A stretch of 32,000 bases of DNA from Bellilinea caldifistulae (GCF_001306055.1 NZ_LGHJ01000011.1:60001-92000); one strand, 5' to 3'; positions 19,649-30,218 are shown, counted from the stretch's first letter. A program made the numbers and translations. The notes: generated by a model from the letters alone, not told the origin.

Positions 19649-21631
19649 TCAGCGCAATACCAGATAGGTGACCACCAGCACCACACCCAGCAGAATGGTC
19701 AGCGCATACGAACGCACATAGCCGTTTTGGATGCGCCGCCACGATTGAGCCGTGGAACGCAGCAGGTTACCAACCCCGTTGACCAGCCCGTCAATCACCC
19801 CCTGATCCACAGGTTGAGCGAGGAACTGCGCCAACCGCAGATAGGGTTTTACCACAACGGCCTGATACAACTCATCCACCCACCATTTGTGTTCCAGCGC
19901 TAAAAACAGCCCATTGAGCGGTCTGGCAAGCGGGTCGGGCTGGCGGGCATCTTCCAGCGGTTTGCGTCCATAAACCAGCCAGCCGATCAGCAGACCGGTC
20001 AAAGCCACCGCCAGCGAAATCAGCGCCACCGAGAGGATGAACCTGGCCGGCTCCACCCCATACAGGCTGTGTTCCAGCCACTTTTCCAGCCAATGAGTGG
20101 TGGGAAAGTTGAGCAAACCGCCAACCGCGGCCAGCACCGCCAGAATAACCAGCGGAACGGTCACAACCGCCGGGCTTTCTGCTGCGCCAGCGGCGGCTTC
20201 GCTGCGCGGTTTGCCAAAGAAGACCATCGCCAGCTGACGGGCAACATAGAAAGCCGTCAGGAATGCGGCTGCGGTCAGCACAAGATAGACCGCCGGATGA
20301 TGCAGACTGGCATCCGCCAGAATTTCATCCTTGGAAAAGAAGCCGGAGAGCGGCGCAATCCCTGCCAGGGCCAGTGCACCGATCAGATAGACCCAAAAAG
20401 TGAGCGGCATTTTTTCACGCAAGCCGCCCATGTTGCGCATGTCCTGCGGGTCAAAGGCGGAATGATGCCCCTCAGTGTGACTGCCGTGCGCCGCGGCGTG
20501 TTCATGGCCGTGTTCCATGCCTAAAATCACCGAGCCGGCCCCCAAAAAGAGCAGCGCTTTAAAGAACGCATGGGTAACCAGATGGAACATCCCTGCCACG
20601 GCAGCCCCCATCCCGACCGCTGTGACCATAAAACCCAGCTGGCTGATGGTCGAATAAGCCAGCACTTTTTTGATGTCGTACTGCCCCACCGCAATTGTTG
20701 CCGCAAAAAAGGCCGTGGCAGCCCCAACCCACATTACCACATCCTGCGCCAGCACCACCTGCTGGTAGAGGGCCTGCGAGCGTGCCACCAGGTAGACACC
20801 CGCCGTAACCATCGTTGCCGCATGGATGAGCGCCGAAACCGGGGTTGGGCCGGCCATCGCATCCGGCAACCACACGTACAACGGCAGCTGCGCCGATTTA
20901 CCGGTTACACCCAGCAGCATGAACAACGTGATCGCCAGAATGACACCCGGCAGGGCAGCCGCAACCTGCGGGGCCTGCGCAAAGACTGTTTCAAAATCCA
21001 GACTGCCAAAATTGTAGAAAATCAGAAAAATAGCAATCAGTAAACCAAAGTCGCCAATGCGGTTGACCACAAAGGCTTTCTTGGCAGCCTGAGCGTTGGC
21101 AATTCCACCGGCGCCCTTCTCGAACCAGAACCCGATCAGCAGGTACGAACATAGGCCAACCCCTTCCCAGCCGACGAACAGCATCAGGAAGTTGTCGGCG
21201 CTGACCAGAATCATCATCGCCGCCACAAACAGGTTGAGAAACACAAAGAAGCGGCGGAAGCGGCCGGGTTCACCATTATGGCGCACATCGGCGTGCATGT
21301 AACCGATGGAATAAATGTGAATCAGGCTACCCACCCCGGCAACCACCAGCATCATCGTCACCGAAAGCGTATCCACGCGGAAATTCCAGTCAGCAACGAA
21401 GTCCCCCACGGCCAACCAGCGCAGGAAAGGATAGGTAGCCCCCTCCGGATGTCCGGCCAATCCCAGAGCCAGCAACACCGCCACACCGAAGGACAAACCG
21501 GCAGCCAGACTGGCAATGATGCCAATGCCCTTTTCTCCCAGGCGTTTACCCAACAATAAATTCAGCAAAATACCCAGCACAGGGAAGAAAACGACCCACG
21601 GCGCAAGTGGTAATACCGTTTCAAAGTTCAT
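19649..21631 (-). CDS. nuoL: NADH-quinone oxidoreductase subunit L
   Basis: 660 aa. Contains ..WEGVGLCSYLLIGFW.. and ..LYVWLPDAMAGPTPVSALIHAATMVTAGVYL.., with the long C-terminal extension typical of NuoL. Confidence 0.92.
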   Translation of the reverse strand: MNFETVLPLAPWVVFFPVLGILLNLLLGKRLGEKGIGIIASLAAGLSFGVAVLLALGLAGHPEGATYPFLRWLAVGDFVADWNFRVDTLSVTMMLVVAGVGSLIHIYSIGYMHADVRHNGEPGRFRRFFVFLNLFVAAMMILVSADNFLMLFVGWEGVGLCSYLLIGFWFEKGAGGIANAQAAKKAFVVNRIGDFGLLIAIFLIFYNFGSLDFETVFAQAPQVAAALPGVILAITLFMLLGVTGKSAQLPLYVWLPDAMAGPTPVSALIHAATMVTAGVYLVARSQALYQQVVLAQDVVMWVGAATAFFAATIAVGQYDIKKVLAYSTISQLGFMVTAVGMGAAVAGMFHLVTHAFFKALLFLGAGSVILGMEHGHEHAAAHGSHTEGHHSAFDPQDMRNMGGLREKMPLTFWVYLIGALALAGIAPLSGFFSKDEILADASLHHPAVYLVLTAAAFLTAFYVARQLAMVFFGKPRSEAAAGAAESPAVVTVPLVILAVLAAVGGLLNFPTTHWLEKWLEHSLYGVEPARFILSVALISLAVALTGLLIGWLVYGRKPLEDARQPDPLARPLNGLFLALEHKWWVDELYQAVVVKPYLRLAQFLAQPVDQGVIDGLVNGVGNLLRSTAQSWRRIQNGYVRSYALTILLGVVLVVTYLVLR

Positions 21632-21710
21632 TCAGTCTTCTCCCGTTCCCAGAATGAAAGCCAAACCGGCAGCAAATTGGACAAGTAGAAAATCAAATGG
21701 ACGTCCCCCC

Positions 21711-22010
21711 TCACCCTTTGAGCATGCTCATCTCATCCAGATCAATGGTGCGTTTGGCGCGGAAGATGGCCACCATCAAAGCCAACCCCACGGCAACCTC
21801 CGCCGCCGCCGTTGTCATCACAAAAAAGACGAACAAATCCCCGTCCAAAATCTGATGATAAGCCGAGAAAGCCACAAACACCAGATTGGCGGCATTGAAC
21901 ATCAATTCCAGCGACATGAATACCACCAGCGGATTGCGGCGCAAAATGACACCCAGCACCCCAATCGCAAACATGGCCGCCGAAAGGATCAGATAATAAC
22001 TCATTGGCAT
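21711..22010 (-). CDS. nuoK: NADH-quinone oxidoreductase subunit K
   Basis: 99 aa, three TM helices, contains ..MSLELMFNAANL.. and ..AAAEVAVGLA... Confidence 0.9.
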   Translation of the reverse strand: MPMSYYLILSAAMFAIGVLGVILRRNPLVVFMSLELMFNAANLVFVAFSAYHQILDGDLFVFFVMTTAAAEVAVGLALMVAIFRAKRTIDLDEMSMLKG

Positions 22011-22013
22011 GGC

Positions 22014-22571
22014 TTAACCCTCCACGGGTGTTTCAGGTTTTTGAATGCCCGGTTTTGGCCGGGTGGGACCTTCGTGCTTGGAAAGCAGGATGGCACCAAC
22101 GGTAGCCGCCAGCAGGATGAAGGCCGTCACTTCAAACGGCAACAGGTAACGGTTGAACAGCAGCATGCCAATTTCCGCCGGACTGGCAAAGGTTTGCGGA
22201 ATAGCCGGAATGGCCTGGAGCGGCGTGGTGCGCAGCAAGTAGTACAGCACAATTTCAGCCAGAAAGATCACCACCAGCAAGATGCCCAAAGCCCGCTGCC
22301 CGCGTAGCGGTTCATCGAGCATCAGGTTTTCGGCGCCCAGCAGCATGATCACAAAGATGAACAGCACCATGATCGAACCGGCGTAAACCGTCACCTGCGC
22401 AAAGGCGATGAACGGTGCTCCTAATGCCAGATACAGCAAACCGACCGCAACGAAGTTGACCACCAGAAAAAGCGCCGAATACAAGGCATTCCGGCTGACT
22501 ATCAAGCCAACCGCCGAAACAATGACCGTCAAACCGAGTATTCCATAGACCAGCAGGACGCCAATATCCAT
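22014..22571 (-). CDS. nuoJ: NADH-quinone oxidoreductase subunit J
   Basis: Trimmed to ATG 22571 (AAGGAGG RBS). Contains ..FIAFAQVTVYAGSIMVLFIFVIMLL... Confidence 0.88.
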   Translation of the reverse strand: MDIGVLLVYGILGLTVIVSAVGLIVSRNALYSALFLVVNFVAVGLLYLALGAPFIAFAQVTVYAGSIMVLFIFVIMLLGAENLMLDEPLRGQRALGILLVVIFLAEIVLYYLLRTTPLQAIPAIPQTFASPAEIGMLLFNRYLLPFEVTAFILLAATVGAILLSKHEGPTRPKPGIQKPETPVEG

Positions 22572-22588
22572 TCGCTTGGTTTTCCTCC

Positions 22589-23080
22589 TTAATCCTGTGG
22601 ATCCTGCATCACCGGCACCGAGCGGGTGTACTTGCCCGGTTCGGTATTCTGCGGGGTGGGTTTGCCGCCCGGCGGAACCGGCTCCAGCAGCATATCTTTG
22701 GTGTAGATGGATTGATGCCGGTCGGTAAAAGAAAGTTCGTAGTTGTCGCCCAGCACGATGGCCTCGGTTGGGCAGGCATCCTCGCAGAATCCACAAAAGA
22801 TGCAGCGCAGCATGTTGATTTCGTAGGTGCTGGCATAGCGTTCACCGGGAGAGTAGCGTTCCTCATCGGTATTCTCGGCCGATTCCACAAAAATCGCGTC
22901 GGCCGGGCAGGCGGCTGCACACAACGAACATCCAATACACTTTTCCAACCCGTTTTCATAGCGTTTCAGCACGTGGCGCCCCTTGAAGCGTGTCCGCACC
23001 GGCCGCTTAACTTCCGGGTACTGAATTGTAACCGGTTGCTGAAACATCTCCCGAAGCGTCGTCAACAAGCCTTTGATCAT
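22589..23080 (-). CDS. nuoI: NADH-quinone oxidoreductase subunit I (2x[4Fe-4S])
   Basis: CIGCSLCAAACP and CIFCGFCEDACP ferredoxin motifs. Confidence 0.93.
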   Translation of the reverse strand: MIKGLLTTLREMFQQPVTIQYPEVKRPVRTRFKGRHVLKRYENGLEKCIGCSLCAAACPADAIFVESAENTDEERYSPGERYASTYEINMLRCIFCGFCEDACPTEAIVLGDNYELSFTDRHQSIYTKDMLLEPVPPGGKPTPQNTEPGKYTRSVPVMQDPQD

Positions 23081-23084
23081 ACCA

Positions 23085-24116
23085 TTAACCTCCTGCTAAA
23101 ACGATCACCGCAGCGGTGACGATCACATTCACCAAGCCAAGCGGGAACATGATCTTCCAACCAAGCTGCATCAGCCGATCATAGCGGATGCGCGGCAATG
23201 TTGCCCGCACCCAAATCATGAAGAACAACCACAAAGCCACCTTTAAGAACAACCAGTGCGGCCCGGAAGCAAACAGCCAGCCAATCACCGGCAAGCCGCT
23301 TAACATGGTCAGCGGCGAAAGATAGCCACCCAAAAACAGGGTTGCCCCAATCATCGAAACCGCAATCATCTTAATGTATTCGGCCATGAAGAACAGGGCA
23401 AACTTCATGCCGGAGTACTCGGCATGATAACCGGCGGTCAGCTCCTGCTCAGCCTCCGGCATATCGAACGGCGCCCGGTTGACCTCCGCCAGCGAAGCCG
23501 CCAGGAACAGCACAAACCCGGCCGGCTGCAGGAAGATAAACCACAATTTCTGCTGAGCGCGCACAATTTCCAGCATGCTCATTGAGCCGGTCAGTAAAAT
23601 CGGCCCGACAAACGAAAGTCCCAGCGCCAGTTCGTAACTGATCATCTGAGCGGTAGCCCGCAACCCGCCCAGCGTGGCGTATTTGTTGTTGGATGACCAG
23701 CCCGCCAGGGCAATCCCATAGACCGAGATGGAAGTCACCGCCATGATATACAGGATGGCGACATTGACATCCGTCAGATAGAGCGTGTAGGTCTTACCGA
23801 ACAGGGTAACCGATTCTCCCCACGGGATGACCGCTGTGACCACCAGCGCCGGGATGACGGTGATGACGGGCGCCAGCGTAAACAGCAGCTTGTCGGCCCC
23901 TGCGGGGGTCAACTCCTCTTTGAAAATCAATTTGATGCCATCCGCCACGGGTTGAAGCAAGCCGAACGGTCCGGCGCGGTTTGGCCCAACCCGCGCCTGA
24001 ATGCGCGCCAGTACTTTGCGTTCGTACAAAGTCACATAGGCAAACCCGCCGGTCAGCACCAGAATTATGATCAGCGATTTGATGACCCATTCCCAAATTT
24101 GTGCGGCTGTAACCAT
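23085..24116 (-). CDS. nuoH: NADH-quinone oxidoreductase subunit H
   Basis: Trimmed to ATG 24116 (AAGGAG RBS). Contains ..ERKVLARIQARVGPNR.. and ..EAEQELTAGYHAEYSGMKFALFFMAEY... Confidence 0.92.
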   Translation of the reverse strand: MVTAAQIWEWVIKSLIIILVLTGGFAYVTLYERKVLARIQARVGPNRAGPFGLLQPVADGIKLIFKEELTPAGADKLLFTLAPVITVIPALVVTAVIPWGESVTLFGKTYTLYLTDVNVAILYIMAVTSISVYGIALAGWSSNNKYATLGGLRATAQMISYELALGLSFVGPILLTGSMSMLEIVRAQQKLWFIFLQPAGFVLFLAASLAEVNRAPFDMPEAEQELTAGYHAEYSGMKFALFFMAEYIKMIAVSMIGATLFLGGYLSPLTMLSGLPVIGWLFASGPHWLFLKVALWLFFMIWVRATLPRIRYDRLMQLGWKIMFPLGLVNVIVTAAVIVLAGG

Positions 24117-24127
24117 GTATGCTCCTT

Positions 24128-26620
24128 TCAATCCGCAGATGCAACCGTCAGGCGCTCTAACCGCACGGCCGACAGGGCCGAGCATGGAATTCCAGTACTG
24201 CGCACCGCCAGCGCCATCTTCAACGGCACTTCCTCATCCAGTTCAACCTGCGCTTCGGCCGACCAGCCATCCCGGCTCAGGCGCAACGTCTCGCCAGCAT
24301 TCAAGCCAAAAGCGGCGGCCGTTTGCGGATGCAGGCGGATGGTTTTACCCGCCAGCCGTTGATGCAGCAGCGCCGAGGGCAGCACTGTGTTGCCGCGGTC
24401 ATACAGGCGTGTGACCGGCACAAGCAGAATTTCTCCTTCCCCCGCCGTGACGGAGGCAGCAGTTTGAGACTGCCCAACCGCCACCGGCCGAGCAGCCGGT
24501 AACAACGGCAGTTGCACACCCAATCCCTGATGATTATCGTAGGCAGTGCCGCCGTAGTACAAATCCGACCGGCCGATGATGGGGTACTGCGGTGTGACTT
24601 CTGCCAGTTGAGTGTAGGTCAGACCGGCATAGGCCGGCAGCGTTTTTACCAGCCGCAAGAAGACCAGCGAAGCCGCCCTTCCTTCCAGATCCAGCCCCAG
24701 CGCTTTGCCGATCCCGGCTGCCACCGCAAAATCGGGACGGGTTTGCGGACGGGGCGGCAGAGCCGGGTAGAAGCGCTGTACCCGCCGTTCCCCGGAGGTG
24801 AGGGTACCTTCCCTTTCGGTAAAGGCCTGCACCGGCAGCACCAGATCGGCACGCCGGGCGGTTTCGGTCATGAACAACTCCTGCACGATGACAAAGCCGG
24901 TTTCTTCCAGCGCCTGAGCCAGCAGCGGATCATCACCAGCCGGGTCTGCTGCCGCAATCAGGGCAACTTCGACGTTACGCAGGGCAGCCGGCAGGTCTTC
25001 CACCGGGCGGAAGCCGGCATCCCAGGCGCCCTGATCGTTGGCGCGCTGCCAGACGGCTAACAGGCCATTGTTGACCTGTCCGACTTTACCCCGCGCCGCC
25101 AGAATGGCCGCCGCCGTTTGAGCCAGCCCTTGGGAAGCAGCCAGCCCAGCCCCTTCACTGCCGTATACAATCACTGCATTTTCTGCCGAGTGAAATTCCT
25201 GCACGGCAGCCTGATAGGCTTCCGGCACGGCTGCGCCGGGTAAAAATGTCGCCAGCGCCTGGCTCTCCTCGCCGTAGGCATACCGCAGGGTATGCGTGGC
25301 AAATTTATCCAGCCGGGTTGAGCGCGGATTCAGCACAATCAAACGTGCGCCGCGCTGAGCGGCCGCTTTGATGCGCAACCACCACACCGGTGCCTCTTCG
25401 TGCAGGTCACTGGCCACCACCAGAATGGCCGTCTCTTTGCCCATGCTGCCAAAATTGCTGCCGGGCGCCAGCCCGTAACTGGCGGTCAGGTCACCGCCTG
25501 CCATATCGCTGTACAGAACGGCTTGCCCGTTGCGCGCCAGCGTCAATTCGCGCAGGTTGAACAAATCCTCATTGGAAAGACGTCCCCCAGTCAGAGTTAA
25601 TAAATTCTGACTTGCACGGATTTTCTGGGCAGCTAACTGATAAGCCTCCTCCCAGCTAATTTCCTCAAAACCATCCCCTCTGCGCACCAGCGGCTGGGTC
25701 AAGCGCTGGGGGCTTTCGGTGTAGTGATAAGCAAAGCGGCCCTTGTCGCAAATCCAGATTTCGTTGACCTGCTCGTTCTGACGCGGCATGACCCGCTTGA
25801 TGACCGGGTTGCCGCCGGCGCGCGCCTCACGGCGGGTGTTGAAGGTCAGGTTGCAACCCACCGGACAGTGAGTACAAATCGAAGCCGAGGACTTCAACTC
25901 CCACGGGCGCGCCCCGAAGCGGAAGTCGGCCGTCGTCAGCGCACCTACCGGGCAAATATCCGTGGTATTGCCGGAGAAAATCGAGTCGAAGCCCGGCTCG
26001 GAATACGTCACAATTTCCAGCCGCCGTCCGCGGTTGTAAAAACCGATGACCGGATCATCGGCAATCACATCCTGAAAACGCACACACCGCGCGCACTGGA
26101 TACAGCGCTCGCGGTCGAGGTAAATCAGTTCCCCCAGCGGAACGTGCTTGGCAAGGTGAATTTTGTCATCGTACAAGAAGCGCGATTGCCCCGGCCCAAA
26201 CCCCATCGTCAGGTTTTGCAGCGGACATTCGCCGCCTTTGTCGCAAATCGGGCAGTCCAGGGGATGCGAAGTCAGGATGAACTCCAACACCTCACGGCGA
26301 GCATCGGCGACCACTTTGGTTTGAGTCCGCACCACCATCCCCTCCGAAACGGGCGTGGTGCAGGCCGTTTCCAGTTTCGGGCCGAATTGAATGCGCGGTT
26401 TGCCGTTTTCATCCAGTAGAACCTCTCCCGTGCCGCGATCCACCATCGGCCGGCCGATTTCCACCAGACACATCCGGCACATACCCACCGGTTCCATCTT
26501 GGGGTGATAGCAGAAAACCGGGATGTCGTTGCCAATTTGCTTGGCAGCATCTACCACCAGGGTACCGGCCGGTACGCTTACCGGTTGATCGTCAATTGTC
26601 AGCGTAACCAGTTTTGTCAT
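24128..26620 (-). CDS. nuoG: NADH-quinone oxidoreductase subunit G (830 aa)
   Basis: Contains the N-terminal 2Fe-2S motif CYHPKMEPVGMCRMCLVE, then HPLDCPICDKGGECPLQ, CIQCARCVRF and CPVGAL, followed by a molybdopterin-like domain. Confidence 0.93.
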   Translation of the reverse strand: MTKLVTLTIDDQPVSVPAGTLVVDAAKQIGNDIPVFCYHPKMEPVGMCRMCLVEIGRPMVDRGTGEVLLDENGKPRIQFGPKLETACTTPVSEGMVVRTQTKVVADARREVLEFILTSHPLDCPICDKGGECPLQNLTMGFGPGQSRFLYDDKIHLAKHVPLGELIYLDRERCIQCARCVRFQDVIADDPVIGFYNRGRRLEIVTYSEPGFDSIFSGNTTDICPVGALTTADFRFGARPWELKSSASICTHCPVGCNLTFNTRREARAGGNPVIKRVMPRQNEQVNEIWICDKGRFAYHYTESPQRLTQPLVRRGDGFEEISWEEAYQLAAQKIRASQNLLTLTGGRLSNEDLFNLRELTLARNGQAVLYSDMAGGDLTASYGLAPGSNFGSMGKETAILVVASDLHEEAPVWWLRIKAAAQRGARLIVLNPRSTRLDKFATHTLRYAYGEESQALATFLPGAAVPEAYQAAVQEFHSAENAVIVYGSEGAGLAASQGLAQTAAAILAARGKVGQVNNGLLAVWQRANDQGAWDAGFRPVEDLPAALRNVEVALIAAADPAGDDPLLAQALEETGFVIVQELFMTETARRADLVLPVQAFTEREGTLTSGERRVQRFYPALPPRPQTRPDFAVAAGIGKALGLDLEGRAASLVFLRLVKTLPAYAGLTYTQLAEVTPQYPIIGRSDLYYGGTAYDNHQGLGVQLPLLPAARPVAVGQSQTAASVTAGEGEILLVPVTRLYDRGNTVLPSALLHQRLAGKTIRLHPQTAAAFGLNAGETLRLSRDGWSAEAQVELDEEVPLKMALAVRSTGIPCSALSAVRLERLTVASAD

Positions 26621-27888
26621 GATTGAACCTCTAAGGACGGGGTTGCCACCTTTTCCAGATAGTCGGAGCGGAATTTTTGGATCGAAGACAACACCGGAAG
26701 AATAGAGAACTCACCCAGCGCGCACAGGCATTTGCCCTGCATCTGACCGGCCACGGCTTGCAGCAATTCCACATCCGCCTCGGCGGCTTTGCCAGCCACA
26801 ATCCGGTCAAGGATATGAGTCATCCAGTAGGTTCCTTCGCGGCAGGGGGTACACTTGCCGCAGGATTCGTGCTTGAAGAAGTGGGTGGTCTTTTGCGCCA
26901 GCCAGGCCATGTTGACTGTCTCGTCCAGCACAATCACCGAAGCCGAACCGAGCGAAGCACCCAGCCCAACCAGTGATTCGTAGTCCATCGGCGTGTCGAG
27001 CGCCCGTTCATCCGCCATGATCAGGGTAGAAGAGGCCCCCGCCGACATAATCGCTTTGATGTTACGTCCTTCTGGAATGCCGCCGCCGTAGTTGTAAATC
27101 AACTCGCGGAAGGTGGTGCCCAGTGGCAGTTCGTAATTTCCCGGACGGTTGACATGCCCGGACAGGCTGAATATCTTGACCCCCGGACTCTTGTCCGTGC
27201 CGAAGTCGCGGTACCAGGCTGCCCCGTTCTGGATGATCGGCGGGACGTTTGCCAGCGTTTCGACATTGTTGATCACCGTCGGGCGGGCGTACAAACCCGC
27301 CACCGCCGGGAAGGGCGGGCGCAGACGCGGCTGCCCCAGTTTGCCCTCCAGCGATTCGAGCAGGGCGGTTTCTTCCCCGCAGATGTAGGCCCCCGCGCCC
27401 ATGTGGGTGTACAGGCGCAGGCTGTAATTCGTGCCAAACAGACCCTCTCCCAGTAAACCGGCAGCTTCCAGTTCGGCAATTTTCTGATCAAGCAGTTTAC
27501 CAATGTGCCAGTACTCACCCCGCAGGTAGATGTAAGCCGTGTTGGCCTGAATGGCAAAAGCAGCGATCATCAACCCCTCCAAAAACTGGAACGGGTTGCT
27601 CTCCATAATTTCGCGATCTTTGAAGGTGCCCGGCTCGGATTCATCGGCATTGGCCACCACATAATGCGGCCAGATGGTGTTGGGGCAGAACGACCATTTC
27701 AAACCGGTGGGAAAACCGGCCCCGCCGCGTCCGCGCAGCCCCGAGTCCTTGACCACCTGAATCACTTCCGTCGGCTGGAGCGAAGTGACCGCCTTGCGGA
27801 AAGCCTCAAACCCGCCATGCTGTTGATACACCTCCAGCCGGTCAAGATGGGGAATATCCCGATGGCGCAGGAGAATGTGCTGGCTCAT
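26617..27888 (-). CDS. nuoF: NADH-quinone oxidoreductase subunit F
   Basis: GLRGRGGAGFPTGLKW (FMN/NADH site) and ESCGKCTPCREG (N3 cluster). ATGA overlaps at both ends. Confidence 0.95.
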   Translation of the reverse strand: MSQHILLRHRDIPHLDRLEVYQQHGGFEAFRKAVTSLQPTEVIQVVKDSGLRGRGGAGFPTGLKWSFCPNTIWPHYVVANADESEPGTFKDREIMESNPFQFLEGLMIAAFAIQANTAYIYLRGEYWHIGKLLDQKIAELEAAGLLGEGLFGTNYSLRLYTHMGAGAYICGEETALLESLEGKLGQPRLRPPFPAVAGLYARPTVINNVETLANVPPIIQNGAAWYRDFGTDKSPGVKIFSLSGHVNRPGNYELPLGTTFRELIYNYGGGIPEGRNIKAIMSAGASSTLIMADERALDTPMDYESLVGLGASLGSASVIVLDETVNMAWLAQKTTHFFKHESCGKCTPCREGTYWMTHILDRIVAGKAAEADVELLQAVAGQMQGKCLCALGEFSILPVLSSIQKFRSDYLEKVATPSLEVQS

Positions 27889-28406
27889 GCTTGTTCTCCT
27901 TTCGCCGCTCTGGCCTGCTCGCGCAGCGCCTCAATCACTGCCAGGGCGGTTTCTACCGTCTGGTTTTCATGAAAGACGATCTCGCCATCCCCCTGAACCT
28001 GAAAGACCGGGGCGCGGTGACAGGCGCCGATGCACTTGACCTCTTCCAGATGGAAGAGACCATCCGGTGTGGTTTCGCCCACACCAATCCCCAGTTTTTC
28101 GCTCAGCTGGCGCAGGAAGTCCTCTGCGCCGCGTAAGGCGCAGGGCAGGTCGGTACATACCTGAATGTGGTAACGTCCCAGCGGTTGGTCGTAATAAAGC
28201 GTGTAAAAACCGACAATGGACGCCACATCCGTGATTGAAATCTCGCAAATCTCGGCAATATCGCGCAAATCCTGGGCGCGGATGTAACCCTCCGCCCGCT
28301 GGGCAAGGTACAGCAGCGGCATCACCGCCGAACGTTTGCGCTCCGCGGGGTATTTTGCCAGAATGCGCTCAACTTCTTCGGGATATTGGGCTCGTAAAGC
28401 GTTCAC
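27885..28406 (-). CDS. nuoE: NADH-quinone oxidoreductase subunit E
   Basis: ..VCTDLPCALRG.. and ..KCIGACHRAP.. 2Fe-2S ligands. GTG start in a GTGA overlap with nuoD. Confidence 0.9.
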   Translation of the reverse strand: MNALRAQYPEEVERILAKYPAERKRSAVMPLLYLAQRAEGYIRAQDLRDIAEICEISITDVASIVGFYTLYYDQPLGRYHIQVCTDLPCALRGAEDFLRQLSEKLGIGVGETTPDGLFHLEEVKCIGACHRAPVFQVQGDGEIVFHENQTVETALAVIEALREQARAAKGEQA

Positions 28407-29632
28407 CGGTCAGCATCTCCCAAAACAATATCAACACTTCCGATGATTCCCACCAGGTCGGCAATGAAATGGTTGCGGGTGAGAATCGGCATGGCTTGTA
28501 AATTGGCAAACGACGGGGTGTTGTAGTGAACCCGGTACGGTTTTGGGCCGCCATCCCCTTCCAGATAAACACCCAGTTCACCGCGCGGGCCTTCGGTAGC
28601 CGCGTATACATATTCCTTCGGAGCCGGGAATCCCTCCGTCCACAATTTGAAGTGGTGGATCAACGCTTCCATGCTCACGCCCAGTTCCGAGCGCGGCGGC
28701 GGCACGAATTTACGGTTATTGCTGCGCACCGGACCGTAGGGCAGGCGGTCGAGCGCCTGGCGGATGATGCGCACCGATTGGCGCATTTCCTCCACACGCA
28801 CCAGATAGCGCCCGTACACATCCCCGCTGCTTGCGGTTGGGATTTCAAAATCGTACTGCTCATAACCGCTGTAGGGACGCACTTTACGCAGGTCGTAGGG
28901 GATGCCGGTCGCGCGGATCACCGGGCCGCTCAGGCCCCAGCGCTTGCAGTCCTCGGCAGAAATCACACCAATGCCCTGGGTGCGTTCCAGGAAGAGCATG
29001 TTGGTGGTCAGCATGGATTCGTATTCATCAATTCGCGCCGGCATGATCTCGACAATGTGGCGCACGGCGGCTTCAAATTCGGCCGGTACATCCCGCCAAA
29101 CGCCACCTGGGCGGATGTAGGTCGTCATCATGCGCTGACCGGAGACCATCTCGAACACATCCAGAATCAGTTCGCGTTCACGCATGCAATAAAGGAACAC
29201 CGACATAGCCGCCAGATCCAGCGAGCTGGTGCCCAACCAGAGCAGGTGTGAAGAAATGCGCTGCAGCTCCGCCAGGATCACTCGCAAAGCCTGCGCGCGG
29301 GGCGGTACATCCAACCCGACCAGTTTTTCAACCGCCAGACAGTAGGTCAGGTTGTTGCCCATATTATTCATGTAATCAATCCGGTCGGTCATCACCTCGG
29401 CTTGCTGGTAGGTTTTGGCCTCCATGTTCTTTTCGATGCCGGTGTGCAGAAAGCCGATATCCGGAATGCAGTTAACCACAATCTCACCATCCAGCTCCAG
29501 CAGCAGGCGCAGCACGCCGTGGGTACTGGGGTGCTGCGGCCCCATGTTGAGTAGCATGGTTTCACCGGCAAGGGCGCGCTCGCTGACCAGATGCCGCAGT
29601 TCATCAACGGTTACAGGGCGTAATTCGGTCAT
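28403..29632 (-). CDS. nuoD: NADH-quinone oxidoreductase subunit D
   Basis: Trimmed to ATG 29632 (GGAGG RBS). Contains ..LNMGPQHPSTHGVLRL... Confidence 0.93.
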   Translation of the reverse strand: MTELRPVTVDELRHLVSERALAGETMLLNMGPQHPSTHGVLRLLLELDGEIVVNCIPDIGFLHTGIEKNMEAKTYQQAEVMTDRIDYMNNMGNNLTYCLAVEKLVGLDVPPRAQALRVILAELQRISSHLLWLGTSSLDLAAMSVFLYCMRERELILDVFEMVSGQRMMTTYIRPGGVWRDVPAEFEAAVRHIVEIMPARIDEYESMLTTNMLFLERTQGIGVISAEDCKRWGLSGPVIRATGIPYDLRKVRPYSGYEQYDFEIPTASSGDVYGRYLVRVEEMRQSVRIIRQALDRLPYGPVRSNNRKFVPPPRSELGVSMEALIHHFKLWTEGFPAPKEYVYAATEGPRGELGVYLEGDGGPKPYRVHYNTPSFANLQAMPILTRNHFIADLVGIIGSVDIVLGDADR

Positions 29633-29645
29633 GGCTGCCTCCGCT

Positions 29646-30158
29646 TCATTCCTTTGCATACGGCTTACGCCGGTCAATTTCTTCGTAATTAAATGAAAAC
29701 TGCGGTTCCTCATAGCCGAGCGGATAATCTTTACGCAGCGGATGACCCACCCAGTCGTAGGGCATCAAAATCCGCCGCATGTCGGAATGCCCATCGAAGG
29801 TGATGCCGAACATGTCCCAAATTTCGCGCTCTTTCCAGTTGGCGTTGGGGAAGATGCCCTCGATGGTATCCACATGCGGAGCGTTGCCATCCAGCGGAAC
29901 GCGCAAACGCAACAGAAGATTGTGAGCCATCGAGTAAAACTGATAGACCACATGAAAACGCGGCGTCTGTTCCGGCCAGTAATCCACCGCGGTTGCGTCA
30001 ATTAAGACATCAAAGCCGCACTCGTCCCGCAGGGACTGCACGGCTTCCAGAAGATGTTCCCGGCTGAGGATCAGGGTGGTTTCACCGGCGTAACAATGCA
30101 AACCGGCGTTGAACCGTTCCTGAAAGTCCTGGACCACTTTTTCGAGATGTTCGCTCAT
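29646..30158 (-). CDS. nuoC: NADH-quinone oxidoreductase subunit C
   Basis: 170 aa. Contains ..NANWKEREIWDMFGITFDGHSD..RRIL... Confidence 0.9.
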   Translation of the reverse strand: MSEHLEKVVQDFQERFNAGLHCYAGETTLILSREHLLEAVQSLRDECGFDVLIDATAVDYWPEQTPRFHVVYQFYSMAHNLLLRLRVPLDGNAPHVDTIEGIFPNANWKEREIWDMFGITFDGHSDMRRILMPYDWVGHPLRKDYPLGYEEPQFSFNYEEIDRRKPYAKE

Positions 30159-30198
30159 CCGTTACTCCATCCTGCTTGTTCCAAAAATCACATGATGT

Positions 30199-30218
30199 GG
30201 AGAGGGGTCAACCTCTCC
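30199..30218 (-). other. Intercistronic hairpin between nuoB and nuoC
   Basis: GGAGAGG-GGTCAA-CCTCTCC in the 75-bp nuoB-nuoC gap. Confidence 0.35.

Noticed and set aside
21516-22307. Long plus-strand ORFs antisense to the nuo genes (also 25724-26419, 28526-29251, 20570-21043, 31203-31841) and many plus-strand ORFs antisense to the island genes
   Set aside because: These are shadow ORFs opposite clearly identified conserved genes. They are rich in Arg/His/Gln/Pro, and there is no start context.
22572-22796. Long N-terminal extensions in the ORF track (nuoJ, and likewise nuoH, nuoD, nuoN, nuoM, nuoA, ssb, and the 7793-8254 and 8104-9093 ORFs)
   Set aside because: The extensions overlap the preceding gene and are low-complexity. 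Most of the internal starts used instead are preceded by clear GGAGG-type RBSs (the exceptions are noted in the feature evidence), and for the nuo genes and ssb they restore the conserved N-termini.
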